Assembly: GCA_964461295.1 (NCBI GenBank)
Contig: CAYWTX010000419.1
Span: forward strand, 1-50,169
Origin: an uncultured Planctomycetaceae bacterium
GTDB taxonomy: Bacteria > Planctomycetota > Phycisphaerae > SM23-33
Reading direction: 5' to 3'
DNA: 50,169 nt
Part shown: in pieces, positions 17,874 through 27,239 of the stretch
How positions within the stretch are numbered: position 1 is the stretch's first letter
Layout of the letters: each line of letters opens with the position of its first letter
Translations under genes and position numbers: made by a program
The notes under the pieces: model-generated
Seen by the model: the letters and a program-made list of their open reading frames with translations, nothing else
What the model was told of the DNA's origin: nothing
Database searches by the model: none

Positions 17874-19712
17874 TTACCCGCTGAGCACGAAGATCGCCAG
17901 GTCGGCGTTGAGGTTCGCGTCGTCGTTCACCTCGTGGCCGTCCTCGGTGTCCAGGGCGATGCGGCGGTGGACGGTGATGCCGCGCTCGCCGCAGAACTCC
18001 TCGAAATCGGCGATCGAGAAGAACCGGATGTTCGGCGAGTTGTACCACTTGTGGGCCAGCAGCCCGGCCGCCTCGGGCGCGCGGCCCTGTTCGGCCAGCA
18101 TGCGCCGCAGCTTGTGATACGCGAAGTTCGGGAAGCTCACGATGCACTGACGCCCCACGCGGAGCATCTCGCGCATCAGCCTCTCCACGTCGCGGATGCT
18201 CTGGAGCGTGCGGCTGAGCACGACCACGTCGAACTGGGCGTCGGCGAACGCGGCGAGGCCGGCGTTCAAGTCGGCGTGAATCACGCTGAGCCCGCGTTCC
18301 ACGCACGTCAGGACTGCCTCCTGGTTGAGTTCGACACCCAGCAGCCGCCCCTGCCCGCGCCTGGCGAGGTCGGCCAGCAGTTCGCCGTGCCCGCAGCCCA
18401 GGTCCAGCACGGCCGAGCCGGGCTCGATCAGCTCGACGATGCGTTCGGTGTCCAGGCGGTGCGGGTGGTCGGGGCAGAAGATGCTGGCCGGGCTGGACGT
18501 CGCCGGGCGCGCGGCGGGGCAGCAGCAGGGCCTGCGGGGTTCGCCGCTGAGGTCGGCCAGGAAGCCGCAAACCAGTGCGCCGTAGGCGTGCAGATCGTCC
18601 TCGAGCAGGAACGCGTCGTGCCCGCAGCGGCTGGCCACGTTGCAGTAGCTCACCGGCTTGTCCTCGGCGATCAGGGCGTCGACGATCTGCCTGGACTCGG
18701 CCGGGGAGAACAGCCAGTCGCTGGAGAAGCTGGCGACCAGCCAGCGGCACAGACTGGGGCGCAGGGCGAGGCGGAGTTCATCACCCGAGCCGCCGAGGTC
18801 GAACAGGTCCATGGCCATGGAGAGGGTGACGTAGCTGTTGGCGTCGAAGCGTTCGACGAAGCGCGTGCCCTGGTAGCCCAGGTACGAGCCGACGGAGAAC
18901 TTCTTCTCGAACGCGACGGGCACGTCGCGCGGGCGCAGGCGGTCGCCCTCGAACTTCTCGTGCATCGCCTCGCGCGACAGGTAGGTGATGTGGCCGATCA
19001 TGCGCGCGATGGCCAGACCGACGTCCGGGCCGTGTTCGTGGTCGTAGTACTGCCCGTCGTGGAAGCTCGGGTCGCGCAGGATCGCGTTTCGGGCGACGAT
19101 GTCGAACGCCAGCGCCTGGCTGCTCAGCCGGGGCGACGAGGCCAGCACGATCGCCCCGGCCACCCGTCGCGGGTAGCGCAGCGGCCAGAGCAAGGCCTGG
19201 TGGCCGCCCATCGAGCCGCCGACGACGGCGAGCAGGCGCTGGATGCCCAGCTCGTCCACCAGGCGGCGCTGCACGTCGACCATGTCCCCGATGGTGACGA
19301 CGGGGAAGTCGGCTCCGTAGTGCCGCCCCGTCGCGGGGCTGATCGAGTTGGGACCGGTGGTGCCGCGGCAGCCGCCCAGCACGTTGGGGCAGATCACGAA
19401 GTACCTATCGGTGTCGATACACCGGGCGGGGCCGACGACGATATCCCACCAGCCGGGATCGTCCTGCTCGTCGTGCCTGGCCACGTGCGAGTCGCCGCTC
19501 AGCGCGTGGCAGATCAGCACGGCGTTGTCGCCGCGCGCGTTCAGCTCGCCGTACGTTTCGTAGGCCACGTCGAGCTTCTCCAGCCGCCCGCCGCGCTCCA
19601 GCGCGAGCGGCTCGTGGAACTTCGCGGTCTTCGCGTATCGCAGCGGCTTGGCGCTGCGTACGGCGTCGCTGTCAAAGGATCCTTCTGCCACTGGGGTTGG
19701 CTCGCGATTCAC
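17874..19712 (-). CDS. metX: fused homoserine O-acetyltransferase (MetX) and methionine biosynthesis protein MetW
   Basis: The N-terminal about 385 aa are MetX (ICHALSGDSHV, GGSMGG nucleophile elbow). A Pro/Cys-rich linker follows. The C-terminal about 200 aa are MetW (VLDLGCGHGELL...LSRTLQSIRDVERLMREMLRVGRQCIVSFPNFAYHKLR...WYNSPNIRFFSIADFEEFC). Confidence 0.9.
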   Translation of the reverse strand: MNREPTPVAEGSFDSDAVRSAKPLRYAKTAKFHEPLALERGGRLEKLDVAYETYGELNARGDNAVLICHALSGDSHVARHDEQDDPGWWDIVVGPARCIDTDRYFVICPNVLGGCRGTTGPNSISPATGRHYGADFPVVTIGDMVDVQRRLVDELGIQRLLAVVGGSMGGHQALLWPLRYPRRVAGAIVLASSPRLSSQALAFDIVARNAILRDPSFHDGQYYDHEHGPDVGLAIARMIGHITYLSREAMHEKFEGDRLRPRDVPVAFEKKFSVGSYLGYQGTRFVERFDANSYVTLSMAMDLFDLGGSGDELRLALRPSLCRWLVASFSSDWLFSPAESRQIVDALIAEDKPVSYCNVASRCGHDAFLLEDDLHAYGALVCGFLADLSGEPRRPCCCPAARPATSSPASIFCPDHPHRLDTERIVELIEPGSAVLDLGCGHGELLADLARRGQGRLLGVELNQEAVLTCVERGLSVIHADLNAGLAAFADAQFDVVVLSRTLQSIRDVERLMREMLRVGRQCIVSFPNFAYHKLRRMLAEQGRAPEAAGLLAHKWYNSPNIRFFSIADFEEFCGERGITVHRRIALDTEDGHEVNDDANLNADLAIFVLSG

Positions 19713-19731
19713 ATCCGTTCCTTCATCCTTG

Positions 19732-19811
19732 GCTTCCAGCTACCAGCTACCAGCCAGAGGCCGCCGGAGCTTCCCGGTTCGGCTGGAAGCTGGCCGCTGG
19801 AAGCTGGAAGC
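19732..19811. repeat. tandem-repeat-armed hairpin A (CCAGCTW heptamer arms)
   Basis: The left arm is GCTTCCAGCTACCAGCTACCAGCC (19732-19755). The right arm is GGCTGGAAGCTGGCCGCTGGAAGCTGGAAGC (19781-19811). It fills the metY-metXW spacer. Confidence 0.75.
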
Positions 19812-21112
19812 TATGTCTGCGAAGCCTTCAGCGCCCCGTCGAGGTCGGCCAGGATGTCCGCCACGTCCTCGATGCCCACGCTGAGGCGGACGTACTCGGG
19901 GCTGACGCCGGTGGAGCGCTGTTCGGCCTCGGTAAGCTGCTGGTGCGTCGTCGAGGCCGGGTGAATCACCAGCGTCCTGGCGTCGCCGATATTCGCCAGG
20001 TGGCTGGCGAGCCGGACGCTGTTGATGAACTTGATGCCGGCGGCTCGCCCGCCCCGGATGCCGAAGCCGACGATCGCCCCGGCCCCGTCGGGCAGGTACT
20101 TCTTCGCGTTGGCGTGCTGCGGGTGGTCGGGCAGGCCGGGGTAGTTCACCCACTCCACGGCCGGGTGGGCGGCGAGGTGCTCGGCCACGAGTTGGGCATT
20201 CTCGCAGTGGCGCGGCATGCGCAGGTGGAGGGTCTCGAGGCCCATCAGGAACAGGAAGGCGGCGAAGGGGCTCATGCACCCGCCGGTGTCGCGCAGCCAG
20301 TGCGTGCGGAGGTGGATGACGTACGCGATGTTGCCGATAGGCTTGAGGGCCTCGGCGAACACCATGCCGTGGTAGGCGGGATCGGGCGAGCAGAACTCCG
20401 GCCAGCGCTTGGGGTCGCTCGCCCAGGGGAAGCGGGCCGAATCGACGACAGCGCCGCCGACGTGCGTGCCATGCCCGCCGATGAACTTTGTGGTGGAGTA
20501 GACGATGATGTCGGCGCCGTGGTCGATGGGTCGCAGCAGGATGGGCGTGCACACGGTGTTGTCGACGATGAGCGGCACGCCGATGGCGTGCGCGGCGTCG
20601 GCGACGGCGCGGAAGTCGGGCACGTCGTTGCGGGGGTTGCCGATCGACTCGATGTACACGCAGCGGGTGTTGGCGTCGGCCAGTTTGGCGATCTGCTCGG
20701 GTTTGTGGGGGTTGAACAGCCGCACCTCGACGCCCAGCTTGCTCAACGTCTGCGTGAACAGCGTCCACGTGCCGCCGTACAGGCTCGTCGAGGCGATGAA
20801 GTTCTGTCCCGCGTGCGTGATGGCGAGGATGGCGGCCGTGATGGCGGCCATGCCGCTGGCGAAGGCCAGGCCGGCGGCCCCGCCGTCCAGGGCGGCCAGG
20901 CGCTTCTCGAGCACGTCATTGGTGGGGTTCATCAGGCGGCTGTAGATGTTGCCGAACTCCTTCAGTGCGAACAGGTTGGCCGCGTGATCGGTGTCGCGAA
21001 AGACGTAGCTGGTCGTGGCGTAGATGGGTACGGCTCGCGCGCCGGTGGTGGGGTCGGGCTCCTGCCCGGCGTGCAAGGCGAGGGTTCCCAAACGGGGAAT
21101 CGAGTCGCTCAT
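19811..21112 (-). CDS. metY: O-acetylhomoserine (thiol)-lyase / sulfhydrylase
   Basis: The start [20 protein letters not shown] (ATG 21112-21110) follows AAGGAG. The PLP family is identified by [10 protein letters not shown] (PLP lysine) and the C-terminal [18 protein letters not shown]. Confidence 0.9.
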   Translation of the reverse strand: MSDSIPRLGTLALHAGQEPDPTTGARAVPIYATTSYVFRDTDHAANLFALKEFGNIYSRLMNPTNDVLEKRLAALDGGAAGLAFASGMAAITAAILAITHAGQNFIASTSLYGGTWTLFTQTLSKLGVEVRLFNPHKPEQIAKLADANTRCVYIESIGNPRNDVPDFRAVADAAHAIGVPLIVDNTVCTPILLRPIDHGADIIVYSTTKFIGGHGTHVGGAVVDSARFPWASDPKRWPEFCSPDPAYHGMVFAEALKPIGNIAYVIHLRTHWLRDTGGCMSPFAAFLFLMGLETLHLRMPRHCENAQLVAEHLAAHPAVEWVNYPGLPDHPQHANAKKYLPDGAGAIVGFGIRGGRAAGIKFINSVRLASHLANIGDARTLVIHPASTTHQQLTEAEQRSTGVSPEYVRLSVGIEDVADILADLDGALKASQT

Positions 21113-21299
21113 CAGGGTCTCCTTGGGTGTCTGGTCGTTCTCTCTGTCGGATGCGTTGCCAACCGGCCCCAATGGGGCGTTCGGCAATCGGCAACGGGTT
21201 CCCACGCGGAACCGGCCACCGGAAACGCAGAACCGCAGGAATCGAAAATGGGGGCTTACCACTGTGGGTTTTGCCCAGGCCGCCGCAGCCTGCGCCACA

Positions 21300-21422
21300 T
21301 CGATCCCTTTCGGGCTGGCAGGGGCACCTTGGCCGTTCCCGGGCGTCGTGAATACTCCGCCTCCTCGAACGGTCAGGTTGCCGTGCGGTCATCGGGCCAG
21401 TACCCTCGCGCACTCTCGATGG
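21300..21422 (-). ncRNA. SAM-I (S-box) riboswitch in the metY leader
   Basis: The minus-strand sequence is AUCGAGAGUGCGCGAGGGUACUGGCCCGAUGACCGCACGGCAACC...GGUGCCCCUGCCAGCCCGAAAGGGAUCGAU. It matches the conserved S-box blocks AUCRAGAG, GAGGGA-CUGGCCCGAUGA, GGCAACC, GGUGCC, CCUGC and GAAAG-AU. P1 is AUCGA/UCGAU and P2 is GUGCG/CGCAC. P3 (CCGUUC/GAACGG) is enlarged. Confidence 0.8.
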
Positions 21423-21429
21423 CACGGGA

Positions 21430-21459
21430 ATGATATGCCCGTTGGGGTGAGGGTGTCAA
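21430..21459 (-). promoter_or_regulatory. candidate sigma-70 promoter of the riboswitch-metY-metXW unit (TTGACA-18 nt-TATCAT)
   Basis: On the minus strand the -35 TTGACA is at 21459-21454 and the -10 TATCAT at 21435-21430, just upstream of the riboswitch P1. Confidence 0.55.
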
Positions 21460-21577
21460 GGAAATAAAGAAGTAGAAGGTTGACTTCTTTACGCTTGGGT
21501 TGCCTGGCGTGCCCGGTAGCGGCGAAACCGAACAATAAGGCGCCGTCACGAAATAACTTGTTCACGTTTCGCAGGCG

Positions 21578-21620
21578 GCACAGGTCTCCGACCTGTGCTG
21601 CACAGCTTGGAAAGCTGTGC
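21578..21620. repeat. two adjacent 8-bp-stem hairpins sharing the stem GCACAG (GCACAGGTctccgACCTGTGC, GCACAGCTtggaaAGCTGTGC)
   Basis: Read directly from the sequence. They lie downstream of the minus-strand lipoprotein gene and have no U-tract. Confidence 0.5.
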
Positions 21621-21837
21621 CACCAAGACTGGCTTGCTCAGGTTATCTCGTGACGGACCCTAAGGCGGGTCGCGCGGATCGCGCATCCGGCTCATCTTCC
21701 AGTGGATTGGCAACGGCGCGGAAGCTTCCCGTTGCTGTGATGCAGACGAAGCGAGGGGCGGCGCGGCACTACGCAAAGGCGGTTCGGGGTTCCTCCCGGC
21801 TCAGACGCCGTGCATGGCGATACGCACGGGGGGCACA

Positions 21838-22395
21838 CTACTGGCTTGTCGCCGTCGAACCGGGCGCGATCGGCGGCGGGGTCTGGCCCGACGGCGCGAT
21901 GTCCGGCAACGTCGCCAGTTCTCCCAGCCTCACGGGGTCGGGCGGCAGCGATGGACCGTTGTTCTTGTGGCGGGCCTTCACGTGGCTCCACTGCTGACGC
22001 TGCTCCGGCGGCTTGACCAGCCAGTCGCCCATCGCGACCCGCTGTGAGCCTGACTTCGTTGCCTGGTCCTTGCCGGTGATCCCCAGCCAGTCCCAATCGG
22101 GTCGTTTGGACGATCCCGCGGCTGCTGCGGCCCCGTTCGCGGCGCTCTTGCCCGTGCTGCCGGTCACTCCCAGCCAGTCCCAGTCCGGCCGCTGGTTTCC
22201 CGCGGCCGGGCGAGCCTGCACCTGCGCGGCGCTCTTCCGGGTGAGTCGGCCATCGGCGCCCGTGGTTGCGACGGACCTGGCGCCCTTGTTGGCGCTGGCG
22301 ACGGCCTGGTTCTCCGAGCGCATTGCCCTGTCGTTGGGCTGGCAGCCCGCGGCCAGGGCAAGCACGGAGAACGCCGCTATGCATAGTCTGGGCAT
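21838..22395 (-). CDS. lipoprotein with RPDWDWLG(V/I)TG repeats
   Basis: The lipobox signal peptide is MPRLCIAAFSVLALAAGC. Two exact RPDWDWLG repeats occur at aa 69-79 and 98-108, with a degenerate third (MGDWLVK). Confidence 0.6.
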   Translation of the reverse strand: MPRLCIAAFSVLALAAGCQPNDRAMRSENQAVASANKGARSVATTGADGRLTRKSAAQVQARPAAGNQRPDWDWLGVTGSTGKSAANGAAAAAGSSKRPDWDWLGITGKDQATKSGSQRVAMGDWLVKPPEQRQQWSHVKARHKNNGPSLPPDPVRLGELATLPDIAPSGQTPPPIAPGSTATSQ

Positions 22396-22506
22396 ACCGA
22401 ATCCCTGTCCCGCTGTCTGGTAGGTACATCGGCCGGGGGAGGGGGCGACTTGGGTAGAGACAAGGGAACGGCGTCGAATGAGTCGACATTCAGGGATCGG
22501 TATTCG

Positions 22507-23100
22507 TCATCCTGGTCTTCTGCCCGCCACGATGCGCACTTGCCTGCCCAGGGCTTCGGCCAGCATGTCGGACTTTTCGCGGGCGAAGGCGATTTCCTCG
22601 CTGCGCGCGTCCACCCCGCCGCAGGAGATGGCCAGTCGCCCGGGCGTGGGGGTGCAGCGCACGGCCGTCACCAGCGAGCGGTGCGAGCGATCCAGCCCGT
22701 CGGCGACTCGGAGGATTCCTGCCAGCAGGCGGAGTCGGCGCAGGTCGCCGCCGGGCAGGCCTTCGAGGTCGGGGTGGTGCTCGCCGGGCGGGTTCTTGCG
22801 GTGGCAGCGCGCGATCAGGGCGACCAGCCGTCGCCGCCTTGGGCGCAGCGGCAGCGTGCGATCGGCCAGGATCATCCGCATGGCCGTCTTGTGGTGGTCC
22901 TTGGCGGCCAGGGGCACGCCGATGTCGTGCAGCAGGGCGGCGCAGTGCAGCAGGAGGCGGTCGTCGGGCCCCAGCTTGTGCAGCGGGGCCAGTTGGTCGA
23001 ACAGATCCAGTGCCAGCCGGGCGTCCTGCCGCGAGTGCCCTTCGTCGTACCCGCAGGAGCGGGCGAAGGCGGCGGCGGTTTGGATGATGTCGTTGCTCAT
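22507..23100 (-). CDS. stand-alone HD-domain protein (resembles the C-terminal HD domain of Ppx/GppA phosphatases)
   Basis: The H..HD metal motif is HCAALLHDIG, followed by HHKTA and RVADGLDRSH. The protein is 197 aa. Confidence 0.75.
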   Translation of the reverse strand: MSNDIIQTAAAFARSCGYDEGHSRQDARLALDLFDQLAPLHKLGPDDRLLLHCAALLHDIGVPLAAKDHHKTAMRMILADRTLPLRPRRRRLVALIARCHRKNPPGEHHPDLEGLPGGDLRRLRLLAGILRVADGLDRSHRSLVTAVRCTPTPGRLAISCGGVDARSEEIAFAREKSDMLAEALGRQVRIVAGRRPG

Positions 23101-23122
23101 GTGCTACCAGAGGAGACAAGCT

Positions 23123-23244
23123 GGGATGAAAGGGATGGAAGGGATGGGAGGAAGTGTCGAGTGTCGGGAGATGAACGTGCCCTGTTTCCCTTCCCGACAC
23201 TTGACGCTCTTACTCTTTCTTATCCCTTTCATCGCCTTCATCCC
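23123..23244. repeat. tandem-repeat-armed hairpin B (GGGATGRAA 9-mers plus GTGTCGR 7-mers)
   Basis: The left arm is GGGATGAAAGGGATGGAAGGGATGGGAGGAAGTGTCGAGTGTCGGGAG. The right arm (23186-23244) is its imperfect reverse complement. The right arm overlaps the last ~12 codons of the CHAD gene. Confidence 0.7.
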
Positions 23245-24223
23245 TGCTGATCTCTCTCGTCTGCAACCGAGAAACCAGCATGCCTGCCAGGCGATCCCAG
23301 AAGCCTTCGTGCCTCAGGCGTGCCCAGAGCGTGATCAGTTCGCCGAACCGCTGCTGCCGCTGGCAGCGCCGCAACTGCTGGAAGTGCCTGATCCCCGGGC
23401 GCAGACGCGAGAACGGCGCCGCACGGCCATAGAACGCCCGCGCTCGCTCGCGTTCCTCCTCTTCGAAGGAGTCGAGTTGTTCGTCCCACACGTCGCAGTC
23501 GTGGATGTCGCCCAGCAGCGTCTGGAGTTCCTTGACGGCCTCGACCGGCGCGGCCATGGCGCCGTCGTACAGCGGCTGGGAGATTTCCACGGTGTAGCGG
23601 AGGCGTTTGGCGGCGATGCGCATCTGGTGGTGGGAGTCCTTCGCCTTCTCGTCGGCCAGGCAATCCTGCCAGGCCAGCAGTTCCTCGACGCGGCGGAGGA
23701 TTTCGCGTTCGGCGCGGAGGAACGCGGCGGGCGCCTGGATCACGACGCCGCGGCTGCGGAGGGTCTGGCAGGCGTGTTCGGTCGCGGCGGCGATCTCGCT
23801 CAGGACGCGGGCGCGTTCGAGGCGGTCGATGGCGAGGATGACGTCCTGCTGGAAGGCCTTTCGGCGCTGGCGGAGCCGCAGAAGCAGGCGCTGCACGCCG
23901 GGGTGGAGGCTCTTATCCCTAGGGGCCGCCAGGGCTTTCTGGGCCGCGGCCACGGACTCGATCTGCACGTCGGTGTCGCGCGCGGGGCCGAGGCTGCGCC
24001 GCAGGCGGCGCATCGACTTGCGCCAGGGCCTGGCCTGTTCGGCCGGGAAGCAGTCGCCGAACATTTCGAGGGCGGCGCGGAAGCGCCGCGAGGCGACGCG
24101 GGCCTGGTGGACGGGTTCGTTCTGGCGGGCCCTGCGGGCCCCGCGCAGGTGCTCGGAGATGATCCGCACCTGCTCAGACAGGAAATCCGCCCCCAGCAGC
24201 AGCCAACTTTCGTCGCAGGTCAT
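23210..24223 (-). CDS. CHAD-domain protein
   Basis: CHAD-type helical repeats are present (VHQARVASRRFRAALEMF, HQMRIAAKRLRYTVE). The start MTCDESW (ATG 24223-24221) follows AAGGA and lies downstream of an extended -10-like TGATACAAT (minus strand, about 24261-24253). Confidence 0.8.
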   Translation of the reverse strand: MTCDESWLLLGADFLSEQVRIISEHLRGARRARQNEPVHQARVASRRFRAALEMFGDCFPAEQARPWRKSMRRLRRSLGPARDTDVQIESVAAAQKALAAPRDKSLHPGVQRLLLRLRQRRKAFQQDVILAIDRLERARVLSEIAAATEHACQTLRSRGVVIQAPAAFLRAEREILRRVEELLAWQDCLADEKAKDSHHQMRIAAKRLRYTVEISQPLYDGAMAAPVEAVKELQTLLGDIHDCDVWDEQLDSFEEEERERARAFYGRAAPFSRLRPGIRHFQQLRRCQRQQRFGELITLWARLRHEGFWDRLAGMLVSRLQTREISRDEGDERDKKE

Positions 24224-24461
24224 GGAAGTGTGTCCTTGAGCCATGTGCGCCAATTGTATCACCGCCGAGGCGCCGAGGCGCGGAGTGAAGAAATGGAAAT
24301 GCCGCGATGTCCAACGCTCTTGTCTCCGCGTCCTTCCGCCGGGATCTGCGGCGGGGCCCCCTGGGGCGCGGTTGACCCGTCCTGGGCTGCGGGAGAAGCA
24401 CGATTGCCCGCAACTGCCCCGCTTGCCGGCGGTTGAACTGTAGTGCGGAAGGAAGGTTCGC

Positions 24462-25994
24462 ATGTCGGGTAGCCCATCGCTTCGCCTGGCGGCGGGTCTG
24501 CTGTCGCTGGCGGCGTTTTGCACGGCCGCGGCGGCTCAGGCCAAGCCGAAGATCAACATATGGGGCGCGCCCCCGCAGGAGAAGCCGCATTTCACCAAGG
24601 CGGCCGAGACGGCGGCGCCGTTGCCCCTGCCCGTCACGCCGCAGCGGCGGAGCGAGAAGAAGCGTCCGCCGGCTCCGCCCAAGCTCATCGCCAACCTCGC
24701 CAACTTCAGCGTGGAAGGCTGGCAGGGATCGCCCGGCGCCGTTGACACGCTGCTTACCACCGCCCAGGAGAACGTCAAGCTCTGGTACGGCTGGGAGCAT
24801 CTGGACATCCGGGACATGGTCCGCAAGCACACGGCGGGCGTGCGGACCAAGACGCCCATCCTGTACCTGTGCGCCTATTACCCGCTGAAGTTCACGCCCG
24901 ACCAGCGGGACGCGCTCAGGGACTACGTGATGGACGGCGGCACGATGCTGATCAACTGCTGCGGACAGAAGGACGCGTACGAGTCCGCCCAGGCCGAACT
25001 GAAGGCGATGTTCGCCCATCGCCCGCTGCGGATGCTGCCGCCGGATCACCCGCTGTACTGTTCCAACTACAAGATCGAGCGCGTCGCCCTGCCGTCGCTG
25101 GGGCCGGCGGCGCCCTTCACGGCTGCCGCGGAAGACCTTGCCGGCGTTCCGGGGGGTCAGGTCTCGGGGCTTCAGCGTCCGCGCGTCCACGCGATCAGCA
25201 TCGGCACGCGAGCGGCCGTGCTGGTGAGCATGGAGGACCTCGCCTGCGGCTGGAACAAGTGGGACAACGTCAAGGTGCTCCGCTACGCCCCGGGCGATTC
25301 GAACAAGCTGGGCATCAACATCATGACGTACGTGACGGCCGAGCTGCGCCTGGCGGAATACCTGTCTCGGACGCGGGAGATTCAGGGTCCCAGCGTGCGG
25401 CCGCGGCAGCAGTTCGTGCTGGCGCAGATCATTCACGAGGGGAACTGGGACGCCAACCCGTCGGGGATTCCGTATTTCCTGAAGGAACTGGGTTCGAACA
25501 CGTCGATCGCGGTGAAGTTCACGAGGGTGCGGTTGGAGATGAAGAACCCCAACCTGTTCACGTACCCATTGTTGTATATGACAGGCACGTGGGACCCGGC
25601 CCTGCGCGACGACGAGGTCGCCCTGCTGCGGAGGCACCTCAAGGAGGGCGGCACGCTGATCGCCGACGCCGCCAGCGGCCTGGCCGAGTTCGACGGCGGC
25701 TTCCGCGAGTTGGTGCGGAAGCTGTTCCCCGACGCCAGGCTGGAGAAGCTGCCCAAGGAACACGCGGTGTTCAGCAGCTTCCACAACATCGACAAGCTCA
25801 ACGCCAACCACCTTTCCGAGCCGATCGAGCCGGTGATCCTGGCGGTGATGCACGACAATCGTCCGGCGATTCTGTACTCGCCCATCGGGATGGGCGACGG
25901 GTGGGCGCAGAGGCACAGCGCGTTCGCGCGGTGCTACGCCCAGGAGGACGCGGTGAAACTGGGGACCAACCTCGTGGTGTTTGCGATGCAGTAG
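24462..25994 (+). CDS. secreted protein with two DUF4159-like (GATase1-like) domains
   Basis: A signal peptide is present. The duplicated pattern is PILYLCAYYPLKFTPDQRDALRDYVMDGGTMLI / PLLYMTGTWDPALRDDEVALLRRHLKEGGTLIAD. The gene sits at the head of the MoxR cluster. Confidence 0.8.
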   Translation: MSGSPSLRLAAGLLSLAAFCTAAAAQAKPKINIWGAPPQEKPHFTKAAETAAPLPLPVTPQRRSEKKRPPAPPKLIANLANFSVEGWQGSPGAVDTLLTTAQENVKLWYGWEHLDIRDMVRKHTAGVRTKTPILYLCAYYPLKFTPDQRDALRDYVMDGGTMLINCCGQKDAYESAQAELKAMFAHRPLRMLPPDHPLYCSNYKIERVALPSLGPAAPFTAAAEDLAGVPGGQVSGLQRPRVHAISIGTRAAVLVSMEDLACGWNKWDNVKVLRYAPGDSNKLGINIMTYVTAELRLAEYLSRTREIQGPSVRPRQQFVLAQIIHEGNWDANPSGIPYFLKELGSNTSIAVKFTRVRLEMKNPNLFTYPLLYMTGTWDPALRDDEVALLRRHLKEGGTLIADAASGLAEFDGGFRELVRKLFPDARLEKLPKEHAVFSSFHNIDKLNANHLSEPIEPVILAVMHDNRPAILYSPIGMGDGWAQRHSAFARCYAQEDAVKLGTNLVVFAMQ

Positions 25995-26077
25995 CAGGCT
26001 GCCAGCCGCCAGCTTCCAGCAAGAAGGAGCCGAAGAGTTCTTTGCTGAAAGCTGGTCGCTGGAAGCTGGAAGCTGGG
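25995..26077. repeat. tandem-repeat-armed hairpin C (CCAGCTW heptamers)
   Basis: CAGCAGGCTGCCAGCCGCCAGCTTCCAGC ... GCTGGTCGCTGGAAGCTGGAAGCTGGG. It fills the DUF4159-moxR spacer. Confidence 0.75.
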
Positions 26078-26085
26078 AGTTGAAC

Positions 26086-27111
<1,026 letters not shown>

Positions 27112-27115
27112 GAAG

Positions 27116-27226
27116 AACACGGACACACGGACGAACACGGACTGACACGGACGAATATGGACAAAGGCCGCGACCCGATGTCCGTGTCAGTCTGTGTCAG
27201 TCCGTGTTTGTCCGGGTGTCCGTGTT
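27116..27226. repeat. tandem-repeat-armed hairpin D (CACGGACKAA about 10-mers)
   Basis: AACACGGACACACGGACGAACACGGACTGACACGGACGAATATGGAC ... GTCCGTGTCAGTCTGTGTCAGTCCGTGTTTGTCCGGGTGTCCGTGTT. It fills the moxR-DUF58 spacer. Confidence 0.75.
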
Positions 27227-27239
27227 GGGCTAACCCCCA

